Below are positions 12,203 to 21,189 of a stretch of DNA of 64,000 nt, piece after piece. The translations under genes were made by a program, and so were the position numbers. The notes beneath the pieces were generated by a model. The model saw only the letters and a list, made by a program, of their open reading frames with translations, was not told the origin of the DNA and made no database searches. Origin of the DNA: a bacterium (lineage in GTDB: Bacteria; Actinomycetota; Acidimicrobiia; Acidimicrobiales; CATQHL01); contig JAPOVS010000040.1 of assembly GCA_026708055.1 (NCBI GenBank), positions 29,400-93,399 of the forward strand, given 5' to 3'. How positions within the stretch are numbered: position 1 is the first letter of the stretch; each line of letters opens with the position of its first letter.

Positions 12203-13275
12203 CCCTTCTCGAGTTGCGCCTCGGGCGCCGCCGGACCGAGGGTCGCGAACGGCCCGACGTGCCGTCCCGGACCGATCTCGGCATCGCTGCCCTGGCTCAT
12301 CTCCACAACCGCGCCGGCGCCCACCGCGCAGTCCACCAGGCGCGTGTGGGGGCCGATCACGGCGCCGGCACCCACCACCGTGTGGCCTTCCAGGATTGTG
12401 CCCGGTCGCAGCACCACACCCGCTGCGAGCCGCACGGTCACATCGACATAGGTGCCGGCGGGGTCGATGACGGCCACGCCTCCGTGCAGCCAACCCTCGA
12501 TGACCCGCCTCCGGATCTCGGCACGCGCCGTCGCGAGTTGCGCCTGATCGTTCACGCCTTGGGCTTCGGTGGCGTCGGCGAGCGTGAACGCCTCGACCCT
12601 GTGGCCCATCCGGGCCAGCACCTGCACGATGTCGGTGAGGTAGAACTCCCCCGCGGCATTGTCGGGGCGGATGCGGCGTAGCGCCGGGCCGAGGTAGCTG
12701 CGGCGGACCACATAGACCGACGTGCAGATCTCATCGATCGCGACCTCCTCCGGGGAGGCGTCGATCTGCTCGACGATGCCGCGTACCACGCCGTCGTGGC
12801 CCCGCACGACCCGGCCGTAGCCGGTGGGGTCGCCGAGGCGAGCGGTCAGGAGCGTGCAGGCCGCGCCGCCGGCGAGATGGTGCTCCACGAGCGCCCGCAG
12901 CGTCGCCGGGCGGAGCAGCGGGGCGTCGCCGGGAACGATGATCAGCTCGCCGGCCTCGGGGTCCCCGGCAGGCTCTCCCAAGGCGGCCAACCCGCAGGCG
13001 GCGGCGTCACCGGTGCCCCGGGGAACAGGCTGCTCAGCGACTTCGAGGGGCAGGTGAGCGGTGCGGGTCTGCATCTCCTTGGCGACGATCTCGTCGTCGG
13101 GTCCGAGCACCACCACGATGCGGTCCGGGCGGCAGGCGCCCAGAGCGTCCACCACGTGGGCGAGCATCGGCGCACCGGCCAGCAGGTGCAGGGGCTTGCG
13201 CAGTCCCGATCTCATGCGGCTGCCCCGCCCTGCCGCCAGCACGATCGCGGAGAGGTCGACGCCGAGAGCGCTCAT
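12199..13275 (-). CDS. glmU: GlmU-like UDP-GlcNAc pyrophosphorylase with a truncated left-handed beta-helix (358 aa)
   Basis: The nucleotidyltransferase N-terminus is AIVLAAGRGSRMRS...KPLHLLAGAPML...PRGTGDAAA. Hexapeptide repeats end at ...VGPFATLGPAAPEAQLEKG, immediately before prs. Confidence 0.85.
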   Translation of the reverse strand: MSALGVDLSAIVLAAGRGSRMRSGLRKPLHLLAGAPMLAHVVDALGACRPDRIVVVLGPDDEIVAKEMQTRTAHLPLEVAEQPVPRGTGDAAACGLAALGEPAGDPEAGELIIVPGDAPLLRPATLRALVEHHLAGGAACTLLTARLGDPTGYGRVVRGHDGVVRGIVEQIDASPEEVAIDEICTSVYVVRRSYLGPALRRIRPDNAAGEFYLTDIVQVLARMGHRVEAFTLADATEAQGVNDQAQLATARAEIRRRVIEGWLHGGVAVIDPAGTYVDVTVRLAAGVVLRPGTILEGHTVVGAGAVIGPHTRLVDCAVGAGAVVEMSQGSDAEIGPGRHVGPFATLGPAAPEAQLEKG

Positions 13276-13316
13276 GGAGCCGTCAGATCGCTCGGCATAC
13301 CGGGGTGGAGGTCATG

Positions 13317-13388
13317 CTGGCCGGGCAGGGCTCGAACCTGCAACCTCCTGATCCAAAGTCAGGCGTTCTTCCATTGAACTACCGGCCA
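13317..13388 (-). tRNA. tRNA-Gln (anticodon UUG)
   Basis: Hand-folded cloverleaf of 72 nt with CCA not encoded. Acceptor TGGCCGG/CCGGCCA, D stem GTTC/GAAC, anticodon stem CCTGA/TCAGG with loop CTTTGGA, T arm GCAGG-TTCGAGC-CCTGC. Confidence 0.85.
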
Positions 13389-13478
13389 CCTTACTGCCAC
13401 GCTAGCGGGCGCCGCGGAGCCGCCGGTGCCGGCTCGCCATCGCGGTTCCGGCCGCCGACCGGCTACGCTTCGTAGCCC

Positions 13479-13577
13479 ATGGGTTCGCTCATCAAGAAGC
13501 GCCGCAAGCGCATGCGCAAGAAGAAGTATCGCAAGATGCGCCGGCGTACCCGCTTCCAGCGCCGCAGGGGCCGCTGA
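13479..13577 (+). CDS. small basic ribosomal protein bS22-like (32 aa; absent from ORF track)
   Basis: ATG 13479 to TGA 13575-13577 encodes [32 protein letters not shown]. This closely matches my recollection of the mycobacterial bS22 sequence [33 protein letters not shown]. Confidence 0.75.
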   Translation: [32 protein letters not shown]

Positions 13578-13585
13578 GCCGCCGT

Positions 13586-14344
13586 TCAGGCCACCGGCGG
13601 CGACGGCGTCGTCTGCACCACCCTCCGCCCCGGCGCCGGATACGCCCCCTCCACGAACCAGGTCGAGCCGCTCCCGGCGAGGCGCGGCCGCTGACCCGTC
13701 GCCTCTGCCAGCGCGTCGCGCACGTCGACCAGACGCGGCTCGACAGCCAGGGCGGCGGCCTCGAGATCGTTGCCGGCCGGCCCGGCGGGGCCGCCGAGGC
13801 GGTCCCAGGCCCGGTACACCGCAGCCGTCGAGCAGCCGAAGGGCGGCGTGCAGAGCGTGAAGGTTCGCCGTTCGAATGCGAGCGGCTCGACGATCTCGCC
13901 GATCCCGCCGACCCGCGCTCGCCCGCCCACCAGGCAGAAAGCCAAATCCGCGCCCAACTGTGCGGCGCTTCGCTCGTCGTCGAATCCGGCCCAGCGCAGG
14001 ATCGCCGCCGCGTCCGCTGAACCGCCGCCGAGTCCCGCCCCGGCCGGGATCGACTTGTGCAGCGTGACCCGGGCCCGGCGCCCCGCGAGGTCCAGGGCCC
14101 GGACGACCAGATTGTCGCCGCCCGCCGGCACACCCACGGATCGCAACGGCCCCCCGGAGCTCTCCGTGATCCCGGCGCCGGCATCCACGACGATCAGACC
14201 CTCACCGGGCTCGACGACGAGCCGATCCGCCAGGTCGAGCGTCACCATCTCCGCCTCGAGCAGGTGGTACCCGTCGCGACGCCGCCCCGTGATGCGAAGG
14301 GACAGCGTCAGCTTCGCCGGTGCGATCAGTTCCGCCGCGGTCAT
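13586..14344 (-). CDS. ispE: 4-diphosphocytidyl-2-C-methyl-D-erythritol kinase
   Basis: Contains APAKLTLSLRITGRRRDGYHLLEAEMV and the GHMP-kinase motif IPAGAGLGGGSADAAA. I trimmed the start to ATG 14344, which forms an ATGA overlap with the rsmA stop. Confidence 0.9.
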   Translation of the reverse strand: MTAAELIAPAKLTLSLRITGRRRDGYHLLEAEMVTLDLADRLVVEPGEGLIVVDAGAGITESSGGPLRSVGVPAGGDNLVVRALDLAGRRARVTLHKSIPAGAGLGGGSADAAAILRWAGFDDERSAAQLGADLAFCLVGGRARVGGIGEIVEPLAFERRTFTLCTPPFGCSTAAVYRAWDRLGGPAGPAGNDLEAAALAVEPRLVDVRDALAEATGQRPRLAGSGSTWFVEGAYPAPGRRVVQTTPSPPVA

Positions 14345-15204
14345 GACGCGATCCCCGGCGCGTGATCTCCGCCGGCCCCCTGGGTGTCCGTAGCGGCAAT
14401 GGCCGCCGCCAGACACGACCAGTCCGCGACCCCCAGATCCTGGGGTCTGGCGGCAGGATCCACACCGGCGGCGGCGAACGCGGCGGGCGCCACGACGCCC
14501 CGCAGTGACGCCCGCAGCATCTTGCGGCGCTGGCCGAACGCCCGGCGCGCCAAGCGGTACAGATCGTCGATGTTGTCCGCGGCGGGTTCGGGGAGCCGGT
14601 CGATTGCCAGCAGTGCCGAGGAGACCCGCGGGCGGGGCCAGAAGACCGTCGGCGGAACCCGCCCGAGAATCTCGGCGCGCGCCCGGCAGGCGACCTTCAG
14701 CGACGGGAGCCCGTAGGCGCCCCGGCCCGGCCTCGCCGCCAGACGTTCCGCCACCTCCTCCTGGACCATGACCAGCATGCCGGCGATCTGCGGCAGCCCG
14801 TCGAGGATGTCCAGCAGCAGGGGCACAGCGATGTTGTAGGGCAGGTTGGCGACGAGCCTCCAGTGCTCACCGTCGGCCAGACGCGGGGCCCAGGCGTCTG
14901 CATCGGTGGCATCGGCCTGCAGCACCTCGACGGGCCGCCCGGCGCAGACCTCGGCGAGGGCGCCGACGAGACACCCGTCGATCTCGATGGCGAGCACCAC
15001 CGCACCGGCGTCGGCCAGCGCCACGGTCAGCGCGCCACAGCCGGCGCCGATCTCCACGATCCGCTCGCCGGGTGTGACGCCCGCCAGCCGCACGATCCGC
15101 TCGGCCGTGTTCGGATCGATGACGAAATGCTGCCCCAGCGAGCGGCGCGGCCGGATCTCGTGGCGGCGCAGCAGGTCGGCAACCGCGGCGGCGCCGAGCG
15201 TCAC
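14341..15204 (-). CDS. rsmA: 16S rRNA (adenine1518/1519-N6)-dimethyltransferase
   Basis: Contains RRSLGQHFVIDPN, the SAM motif VVEIGAGCGALT, and NLPYNI. I set the start at GTG 15204, just after the rpf-like stop (15219). The track ORF extends to 15474 over the upstream gene. Confidence 0.88.
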   Translation of the reverse strand: MTLGAAAVADLLRRHEIRPRRSLGQHFVIDPNTAERIVRLAGVTPGERIVEIGAGCGALTVALADAGAVVLAIEIDGCLVGALAEVCAGRPVEVLQADATDADAWAPRLADGEHWRLVANLPYNIAVPLLLDILDGLPQIAGMLVMVQEEVAERLAARPGRGAYGLPSLKVACRARAEILGRVPPTVFWPRPRVSSALLAIDRLPEPAADNIDDLYRLARRAFGQRRKMLRASLRGVVAPAAFAAAGVDPAARPQDLGVADWSCLAAAIAATDTQGAGGDHAPGIAS

Positions 15205-15218
15205 CGTGACGGCCTCAT

Positions 15219-16406
15219 TCAGGCACCAGGGCGCAGGTGGCGCCCGCAGATCGGCCACGGTTGGTCGCCACGCTCCTCCCAGAGCCGGTAGGCCATGCGC
15301 GTCTGGTCCTGGGGCGTCGCATGCCACGGCTGCACGCCGGCCAACCGAGGGTAGTTGCGGCTGGCCACGAAATCCCAAGTCGGCTGATCGAATTGGTAGG
15401 CGCCGTAGTAAGGACCGGCGCGGCTGAAGGCCTCGTAGTTGCCGCTGGACTCGCACATGCGCAGTGCCTCCCACTGTTCCTCGGTCGGGAACCCGGGCAC
15501 GTCCGGCGGGATCGCCGGCTGCATGGCCGGGTCGATGTCCAGCGCCGCGAGGTCGGCAACAGAGGTCGTGGCGGTGACGCCCGTCTCGCCGGACTCCTCC
15601 GCTTCGGCGCCAGGAGGCGGGGCCGGGAGGGCCTCGTCATCACCCGGCGCCGGTTCGACGGGCGCGCCCTCGACCTGTCCCTCGTCGGTCGTCGCCACGT
15701 CGGAGGGCTCGCCGGGGTCCGCGGCGGGCGACGGGGAGGCTCCGCCGTCGCCGGTCACGGTCGCGGCGGCCTCGGTCGGCGGATCCCCGGTGAAGACGTG
15801 GCTGCAGGCGGGCCAGCGATCGTGGCCCGACTCGATCCACAGGTAGTACGCCATGCGGTCCTGATCGGCGGAGTCGGCCTCCGACGGCAGGACGCCGACG
15901 AGGTCCGGGTAGCGCTGGGCTGCCAGGCGATCCCATGTCGCCACGGTGAACTGGTAGGCCCCGAAGTACTCACCGGAGGGGTGAACGAACCCGTAGTCGC
16001 CCTGCGACTGGCACTGCCGGAGCCCCTCCCAGACCTCCGCCGCCGGGAAGGTGCGCGCGCCCGACGTGTCGCGCTGAACCGGCGGCTGCGGTGAGGGGGC
16101 AGGCTGCGGCACCGGCTGCGGCGAAGGGGCGGGTTGCGGCTGCGGCACCGGGGGCGTCGCAGGCTGGGGTGGGACCTCCGGGGGCGCGTCAGCCGCGGGA
16201 TCGCCGGCCGCCGGCGTGGCCTCCGCGGCGGCGGAGGGCGCCGCGGCCGCCGCGGTGCCGGGTGTGGGGGGCGCATCGGCGGGCTCGGTGGCATCGGCGC
16301 CACAGGCGGCGCCGAGCACCACCACAGCCGCCACCGCAACCGCGATGCGAGCGCTCATCAGCGGCGACCGGCGGCGCTCTGGGGTCACCGCGGTACACCC
16401 GGTCAT
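15219..16406 (-). CDS. secreted/lipoprotein-like protein with two tandem Rpf-type transglycosylase-like domains
   Basis: The signal/lipobox-like region is MSARIAVAVAAVVVLGAACG (alternative start 16358), followed by Pro-rich linkers. The two domains are WEGLRQCQSQGDYGFVHPSGEYFGAYQF...WPAC and WEALRMCESSGNYEAF..YYGAYQF...WPICG. It occupies the same locus position as mycobacterial rpfB. Confidence 0.8.
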   Translation of the reverse strand: MTGCTAVTPERRRSPLMSARIAVAVAAVVVLGAACGADATEPADAPPTPGTAAAAAPSAAAEATPAAGDPAADAPPEVPPQPATPPVPQPQPAPSPQPVPQPAPSPQPPVQRDTSGARTFPAAEVWEGLRQCQSQGDYGFVHPSGEYFGAYQFTVATWDRLAAQRYPDLVGVLPSEADSADQDRMAYYLWIESGHDRWPACSHVFTGDPPTEAAATVTGDGGASPSPAADPGEPSDVATTDEGQVEGAPVEPAPGDDEALPAPPPGAEAEESGETGVTATTSVADLAALDIDPAMQPAIPPDVPGFPTEEQWEALRMCESSGNYEAFSRAGPYYGAYQFDQPTWDFVASRNYPRLAGVQPWHATPQDQTRMAYRLWEERGDQPWPICGRHLRPGA

Positions 16407-16489
16407 CTACGTCCCCCAACGTCGGCGAGTGCTGTCGGTCGTCTCAGGCACAGCAGGCTAGGACGGATCGACGTCGGCGACGAAGTGGC

Positions 16490-17281
16490 TCAGCCGCCCG
16501 AGAGGCTCTCCGGACCGAACGCCCGGCGGGCGTTCGCGGTCGTGATCTCCGCCACCTCCTGCGGTGTGCTGTCCCGGACTCGCGCCAGCGCGGCCCCCAC
16601 GAGGGGCACGTTGGCAGGACTGTTGGGCCTGCCGCGCAACGGCACGGGCGCCAGCAACGGGGCGTCGGTCTCCACCAGCAGCCGGTCGGCGGAACAGCGC
16701 GCCGCCGCCTCGTGCACCTCGCGCGCCTTGGGGAACGACACGATGCCGCTGAAGGAGAGATACGCCCCGATCTCCAGCGCTCGCTCGGCCTCGGGCACCC
16801 CGCCGGTGAAGCAGTGCATGACCGTTCGCTCCGGGACTCCCTCACTCGCCAGGATGGCGAACGTGTCGTCCCACGCCGAGCGGCTGTGCACCACGAGCGT
16901 CAGCCCCGTCTCGTGCGCCAGCCCGATCTGGGCGGCGAAGACGCGCCGCTGGTCCGGGCGGGGCGAATGGTCGTAGTGATAGTCCAGACCGCACTCGCCG
17001 ACGGCCACGACATCGGCGAGCCCCGGCAGGTCGGCCAGCCCATCGATGCCACCGGCCGCCTCGTGTGGATGCACTCCCACCGCGGCCCGCACGTCGTGAT
17101 GGCGACCTGCGATCGCCACAGCCTCCCGGGAGTCGGTCACGTCGGTGCCGATGGCGATCAGCGCGACGACGCCGGCCTGCCGGGCCGCGGCCACCTCGCT
17201 GTCACAGGTCTCGAGTTCCAGGTGGCAGTGCGTGTCGATCCAGTGCCCGCTCGCAGCGCCGGCGGGCGCGGCGTCACCCAC
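16490..17281 (-). CDS. tatD: TatD-family metal-dependent hydrolase
   Basis: Contains WIDTHCHLE, VGECGLDYHY and LLVETDAP motifs. 263 aa. Confidence 0.9.
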   Translation of the reverse strand: MGDAAPAGAASGHWIDTHCHLELETCDSEVAAARQAGVVALIAIGTDVTDSREAVAIAGRHHDVRAAVGVHPHEAAGGIDGLADLPGLADVVAVGECGLDYHYDHSPRPDQRRVFAAQIGLAHETGLTLVVHSRSAWDDTFAILASEGVPERTVMHCFTGGVPEAERALEIGAYLSFSGIVSFPKAREVHEAAARCSADRLLVETDAPLLAPVPLRGRPNSPANVPLVGAALARVRDSTPQEVAEITTANARRAFGPESLSGG

Positions 17282-17290
17282 GCCTGCCCC

Positions 17291-18799
17291 TCAGTCGACC
17301 GTCAGGCGGGGGAACAGCGGATCGGCGACGGTGACCGTCAGACCGGCCGGGTACTGGCCCCAGCGCGCCGCCTCGGGCAGCCGCGCCTCCGACGGGTCGC
17401 CGTCCAGCCCGATGCGCCGCCACACCTCGGCGCACGAGCGCGGGATCGCCGGGTGCGCCAGGACGGCCACGATCCGCAGGACCTCCAAGGCGTCGCCGAG
17501 GGTGGCGTCGAGTTCGGGCCCCGGCTCCAGCTTCCACGGTTGGCGATCCTGCAGGTACTCGTTGGTCTCCCGCACCAGGCGCCACGTCTCCTCGAGAGCC
17601 ACCGACGGCTGCACCCTGGCCCACGCCGCCGCGGCCGCCTCGTAGGCCTGCGCCGCCACGGAGGCCAGGGGGCTGTCGGGCGCCGGGGCGCTGCCAGCCG
17701 AGCCGTCGGCACGGGCCACGATGGTGGTGACCCGCTGCAGCAGGTTGCCGAGTCCGTTGGCCAGGTCGCTGTTGCAGCGCTGCACCAGCGCCTCGTAGCT
17801 GAAGTCGCTGTCGGGGCCGAAGGGGTTGTCACGAAGCACCGAGTAGCGCAGACCGTCGACGCCGATGCTGGCCGCCAGGTCGGCCGGCGCGATCTGCACG
17901 ACGCTCGTCTTGGCCATCTTGGCGCCGCGCACGAGCAGCCAGCCGTGCACATGGAACCGCGGCATGGGCTCCACGCCCGCCGCCATCAGCATGGCCGGCC
18001 AGTACACGCAGTGGAAGCGGATGATGTCCTTGCCGAGCAGGTGCCGCACCGCCGGCCACCAGGTGGCGAAGCGGTCCTCGTCGGTGCCGTAGCCGGCCGC
18101 GGTGGCGTAGTTGGTGAGGGCGTCGTACCAGACGTAGAAGACGTGTCGGCGATCCCAGGGCACCGGGATCCCCCACTGCAGCGAGGTGCGGGTGATCGAC
18201 AGGTCCTCCAGTCCGCCCCGCACCAGCGCCCGCGCCTCGTTGCGGTAGCGCTCGGGAGTGATGTTGTCGGGGACGTCCTCGAACCACTCAAGGAGCCGGT
18301 CCCGGAACGCCGAGAGCCGGAAGAAGTAGTTGTCCTCGGACATCTGCTCGACGGGGAACTCGTGGATCGGGCAGTTGCCGTCGACGAGGTCGGCCTCGGC
18401 GTAGTACGCCTCGCAGGACACGCAGTAGGCGCCCTGATAGGTGTCCTTGTAGACGTAGCCGTTCTCGTAGCAGCGCTCCAGCAAGGTCTGTACCGCCGTG
18501 TGGTGGCGCGGCTCGGTGGTGCGGATGAAGTCGTCGTAGGCGATGTCCAGCAGGTCCCACGCCTCCTTGAAGCGCTTGCTGGTGCGGTCGGCCTGCTCCT
18601 GGGGGCTGAGGCCGTTCTGGGTGGCCGCGCGCTGCACCTTCAGGCCGTGCTCGTCGGTGCCGGTGAGGTAGAAGACCTCGTCGCCGTGCATCCGCCGCCA
18701 GCGGGCCAGCGCGTCCCCGTTCAACGTCGTGTAGGCGTGACCCATGTGCGGCACGTCGTTGACGTAGTAGATGGGGGTCGTGTAGAAGTAGCGGCCCAC
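17291..18799 (-). CDS. metG: methionine--tRNA ligase
   Basis: The class I signatures are VPHMGHAYT (HIGH-type) and KMAKT (KMSKS-type). 502 aa. Confidence 0.95.
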   Translation of the reverse strand: MGRYFYTTPIYYVNDVPHMGHAYTTLNGDALARWRRMHGDEVFYLTGTDEHGLKVQRAATQNGLSPQEQADRTSKRFKEAWDLLDIAYDDFIRTTEPRHHTAVQTLLERCYENGYVYKDTYQGAYCVSCEAYYAEADLVDGNCPIHEFPVEQMSEDNYFFRLSAFRDRLLEWFEDVPDNITPERYRNEARALVRGGLEDLSITRTSLQWGIPVPWDRRHVFYVWYDALTNYATAAGYGTDEDRFATWWPAVRHLLGKDIIRFHCVYWPAMLMAAGVEPMPRFHVHGWLLVRGAKMAKTSVVQIAPADLAASIGVDGLRYSVLRDNPFGPDSDFSYEALVQRCNSDLANGLGNLLQRVTTIVARADGSAGSAPAPDSPLASVAAQAYEAAAAAWARVQPSVALEETWRLVRETNEYLQDRQPWKLEPGPELDATLGDALEVLRIVAVLAHPAIPRSCAEVWRRIGLDGDPSEARLPEAARWGQYPAGLTVTVADPLFPRLTVD

Positions 18800-18833
18800 G
18801 CCGTCACGATACCGGCGCCACCCGCAGGGTCTG

Positions 18834-19679
18834 TCAGATCCCCTCGAGTTGGCGGGCCTGCTCGTAGACGTGCCGGCGGCTCACACCCAGGCGGCCGGCG
18901 ACGGCGGAGGTGATGTCGCGAACCGAGGCGTCCGGCGCGGCAGCGCGCGCTTCGGCCACGGCCTCGGCGATGTCCTCGTCGGTGGGCGGGGCGGGCGGCG
19001 GCACTGCCTCGATCACCAGGACGACCTCGCCGCGGATCCCCGCTCCCGCCCAGGCGGCCAGCTCGACGAGGCTGCCCCGCCAGATCTCCTCGTGCAGCTT
19101 GGTGAGCTCGCGCGCCGCCACGACGCGCCGCTGCGACCCGAACGACTCCGCCAGGTCGACCGCGGTGCGGGCGCAGCGGTGGGGCGCCTCGAGCAGCACC
19201 ACGGCCCGCCCCGATGCCGCCAGTTCCGCCAGACGCTCGGCTCGCGCCGCGCCCCGGCGGGGCAGGAATCCCTCGAAGACGAAGCGCCCCGATGCCAGAC
19301 CACTGACCGCCACCGCGGCCAGTGGAGCCGACGGCCCCGGCACGATGGTCACCGTGCAACCGGCGTCGGCCACTGCCCGGACGAGACGCTCGCCGGGATC
19401 GGCGACCGTCGGCGTGCCCGCGTCGGTGACGTAGGCCACCCGCTCCCCCGCCTTGATGCGCGCCGCCAGCTGCGGCGCCGCCACGGCCTCGGTGTGCTCG
19501 TTGACCGTCACGAGTTCCGTCGGCGACACGCCGGCGAGCGACAGCAGGCGGCCGGTGCGCCGCGTGTCTTCGCAGGCGATCACGTCGCAGGCCGTCAATT
19601 CCTCGACGGCCCGCGGCGGCAGGTCTCCCATGTTGCCGATGGGCGTGGCGACCAGCACGAGCGCCGGTCCGCGGGGCAT
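18834..19679 (-). CDS. rsmI: 16S rRNA (cytidine1402-2'-O)-methyltransferase
   Basis: Begins MPRGPALVLVATPIGNMGDLPPRAVEEL...IACEDTRRTGRLL. I trimmed the start from the 516-aa track ORF to ATG 19679. Confidence 0.92.
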   Translation of the reverse strand: MPRGPALVLVATPIGNMGDLPPRAVEELTACDVIACEDTRRTGRLLSLAGVSPTELVTVNEHTEAVAAPQLAARIKAGERVAYVTDAGTPTVADPGERLVRAVADAGCTVTIVPGPSAPLAAVAVSGLASGRFVFEGFLPRRGAARAERLAELAASGRAVVLLEAPHRCARTAVDLAESFGSQRRVVAARELTKLHEEIWRGSLVELAAWAGAGIRGEVVLVIEAVPPPAPPTDEDIAEAVAEARAAAPDASVRDITSAVAGRLGVSRRHVYEQARQLEGI

Positions 19680-19684
19680 CGCGG

Positions 19685-20014
19685 CTACTCCAGCACTTCG
19701 AGGGTGCTGCCGGCGGTGATTCCCCAGCGCTGCAGGTTCCCCGCCTGCGCCTCCACGACGCTGCGCGCCCGCAGGCGCGGTCTGCCCAGCCGCCACGGTC
19801 GCATCGTGACGATCGCCAGCACCTGCCCCTCTGCGTCGCAGTAGGCCACGTCGATGGCGAAGCGCATTCCCAAGGTGTGGACCGAGCGGGTGCGCGGCAG
19901 CCACAGCGCCCCTTCCAGGGCGTCGCGGCCCAGCAGCCCCCGGGCCCGCCGGCGGGCGCTGCTCGCCACCTCCAGAGAGGCGAGCACCTTGTCCCCCGAG
20001 ACGAGCCACGGCAT
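19685..20014 (-). CDS. DUF192 domain protein
   Basis: The sequence ...LEVASSARRRARGLLGRDALEGALWLPRTRSVHTLGMRFAIDVAY...EAQAG is typical of DUF192. Start is ATG 20014, with ATG 20080 as an alternative. Confidence 0.75.
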   Translation of the reverse strand: MPWLVSGDKVLASLEVASSARRRARGLLGRDALEGALWLPRTRSVHTLGMRFAIDVAYCDAEGQVLAIVTMRPWRLGRPRLRARSVVEAQAGNLQRWGITAGSTLEVLE

Positions 20015-20223
20015 CGTTCCAGTCTGCCGGGCCCCGACCCGAGAGCGGTTGCGCCGCTTGCCCGGGGTGCTCTCGAGCATCACCGATGTTCTGCTCCCCC
20101 ATACGCTCGTCCGGGCAGGACCGCGCCACGACCCCGCCCAACGCTGGCCGGCATCCGCCGGGTGCAGCGGATCCGCTCGCGTGTGTCGGTTCCGTGTCAC
20201 AGCCAGGTGATAGAACTACACGC

Positions 20224-21165
20224 ATGCAATCCACGGATGCCGACACCGGCACAACCGCCGCTGCCTCCCGATCCGCTCCCGCAGCGATGCCCGCCGGTGG
20301 CGACGCCTCCGGCGAGGGCGAGACCGGCACCCTCGTACACATCCCGGTACGCCCCAAGCACCTGTCCCCTTCCAGCGCCTCCATGTTCCGGCAATGCCCG
20401 CAGCGCTGGAAGTTCCGCTACGTCGACAAGCTGCCCGACCCTCCCGGTGAGGCGGCACTGGCGGGCACGTTCGCCCACCGCGTGCTCGAGGAACTGCTGG
20501 GGCTCGACGCCACCGAGCGCACGCTGGAGAGCGCCCGTTCGCTCGCCGGCCAGGTATGGACCGAGATGGAGTCGGACAAGGACTTCGCGGCGCTCGAACT
20601 CGACGCCGACGGCGTCCGCAACTTCAAGTGGACCGCTTGGCGGGCGATCGAGGGTCTCTGGGACCTCGAGGACCCCACAACCGTGGACATCGTCGCCACC
20701 GAGACCGAGGTGTCGGTGGAGATCGGGGGGGTCCCGTTCATCGGCTACATCGACAGGGTCGAGGAGGGCGCCGACGGGCTCGTGGTCAGCGACTACAAGT
20801 CCGGGCGGGCTCCGGGCCGGAAGTTCTCCGAGAGCCGCCTCGAGCAGGTGCTGCTCTATGCCGCGGCCCTCACGGAGATCCACGGCGCCCTGCCGGCCCG
20901 GGCACGGCTCATGTACCTGGGCCAGCGGATCGACGAGGCCACCGTCACCGCCGAGACGATCGCCGAGGTGACCCGCCGCCTGGCCGAGACCTGGGAGGAG
21001 CTGCTCGAACGCTCGGCGACCGGCGACTTCCCGCCACAACCCGGACCGCTGTGCGGCTGGTGCGCCTTCGTGCGGCACTGCCCCGAGGGGCTCGCCGAGG
21101 TCGAGCGCCGGCACCTCGCCGGCGCCCTCCGCCCCGACGCCCCCGCCCTCGCCGAGGCCGTCTAG
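20224..21165 (+). CDS. PD-(D/E)XK nuclease, Cas4/AddB-like with an Fe-S cysteine set
   Basis: Contains SASMFRQCPQRWKFRYV, GYIDRVEEGADGLVVSDYKSG (a D..D/ExK-type core) and C-terminal CGWCAFVRHC. Start is ATG 20224, in frame within track ORF 20086..21165. Confidence 0.8.
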   Translation: MQSTDADTGTTAAASRSAPAAMPAGGDASGEGETGTLVHIPVRPKHLSPSSASMFRQCPQRWKFRYVDKLPDPPGEAALAGTFAHRVLEELLGLDATERTLESARSLAGQVWTEMESDKDFAALELDADGVRNFKWTAWRAIEGLWDLEDPTTVDIVATETEVSVEIGGVPFIGYIDRVEEGADGLVVSDYKSGRAPGRKFSESRLEQVLLYAAALTEIHGALPARARLMYLGQRIDEATVTAETIAEVTRRLAETWEELLERSATGDFPPQPGPLCGWCAFVRHCPEGLAEVERRHLAGALRPDAPALAEAV

Positions 21166-21189
21166 CTCTCCGCCGAAGGCAAGTAGGCG

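Noticed and set aside
16091-18913. A 940-aa plus-strand ORF, with similar very long ORFs at 800..1981(+), 6794..8713(+), 47526..49916(+), 50878..52482(+), 52233..54446(+), 32569..34632(-), 36931..38079(-), 37826..39430(-), 29398..30735(-) and 62459..63847(-).
   Set aside because: All lie antisense to, or out of frame with, genes that carry unmistakable conserved motifs (metG, tatD, mfd, hyuA/B, MFS, fpg, SNF2 and others). Their translations are Arg/Pro/Gly/Ala-rich low-complexity strings. This is typical of stop-poor alternative frames in roughly 70 percent GC DNA.
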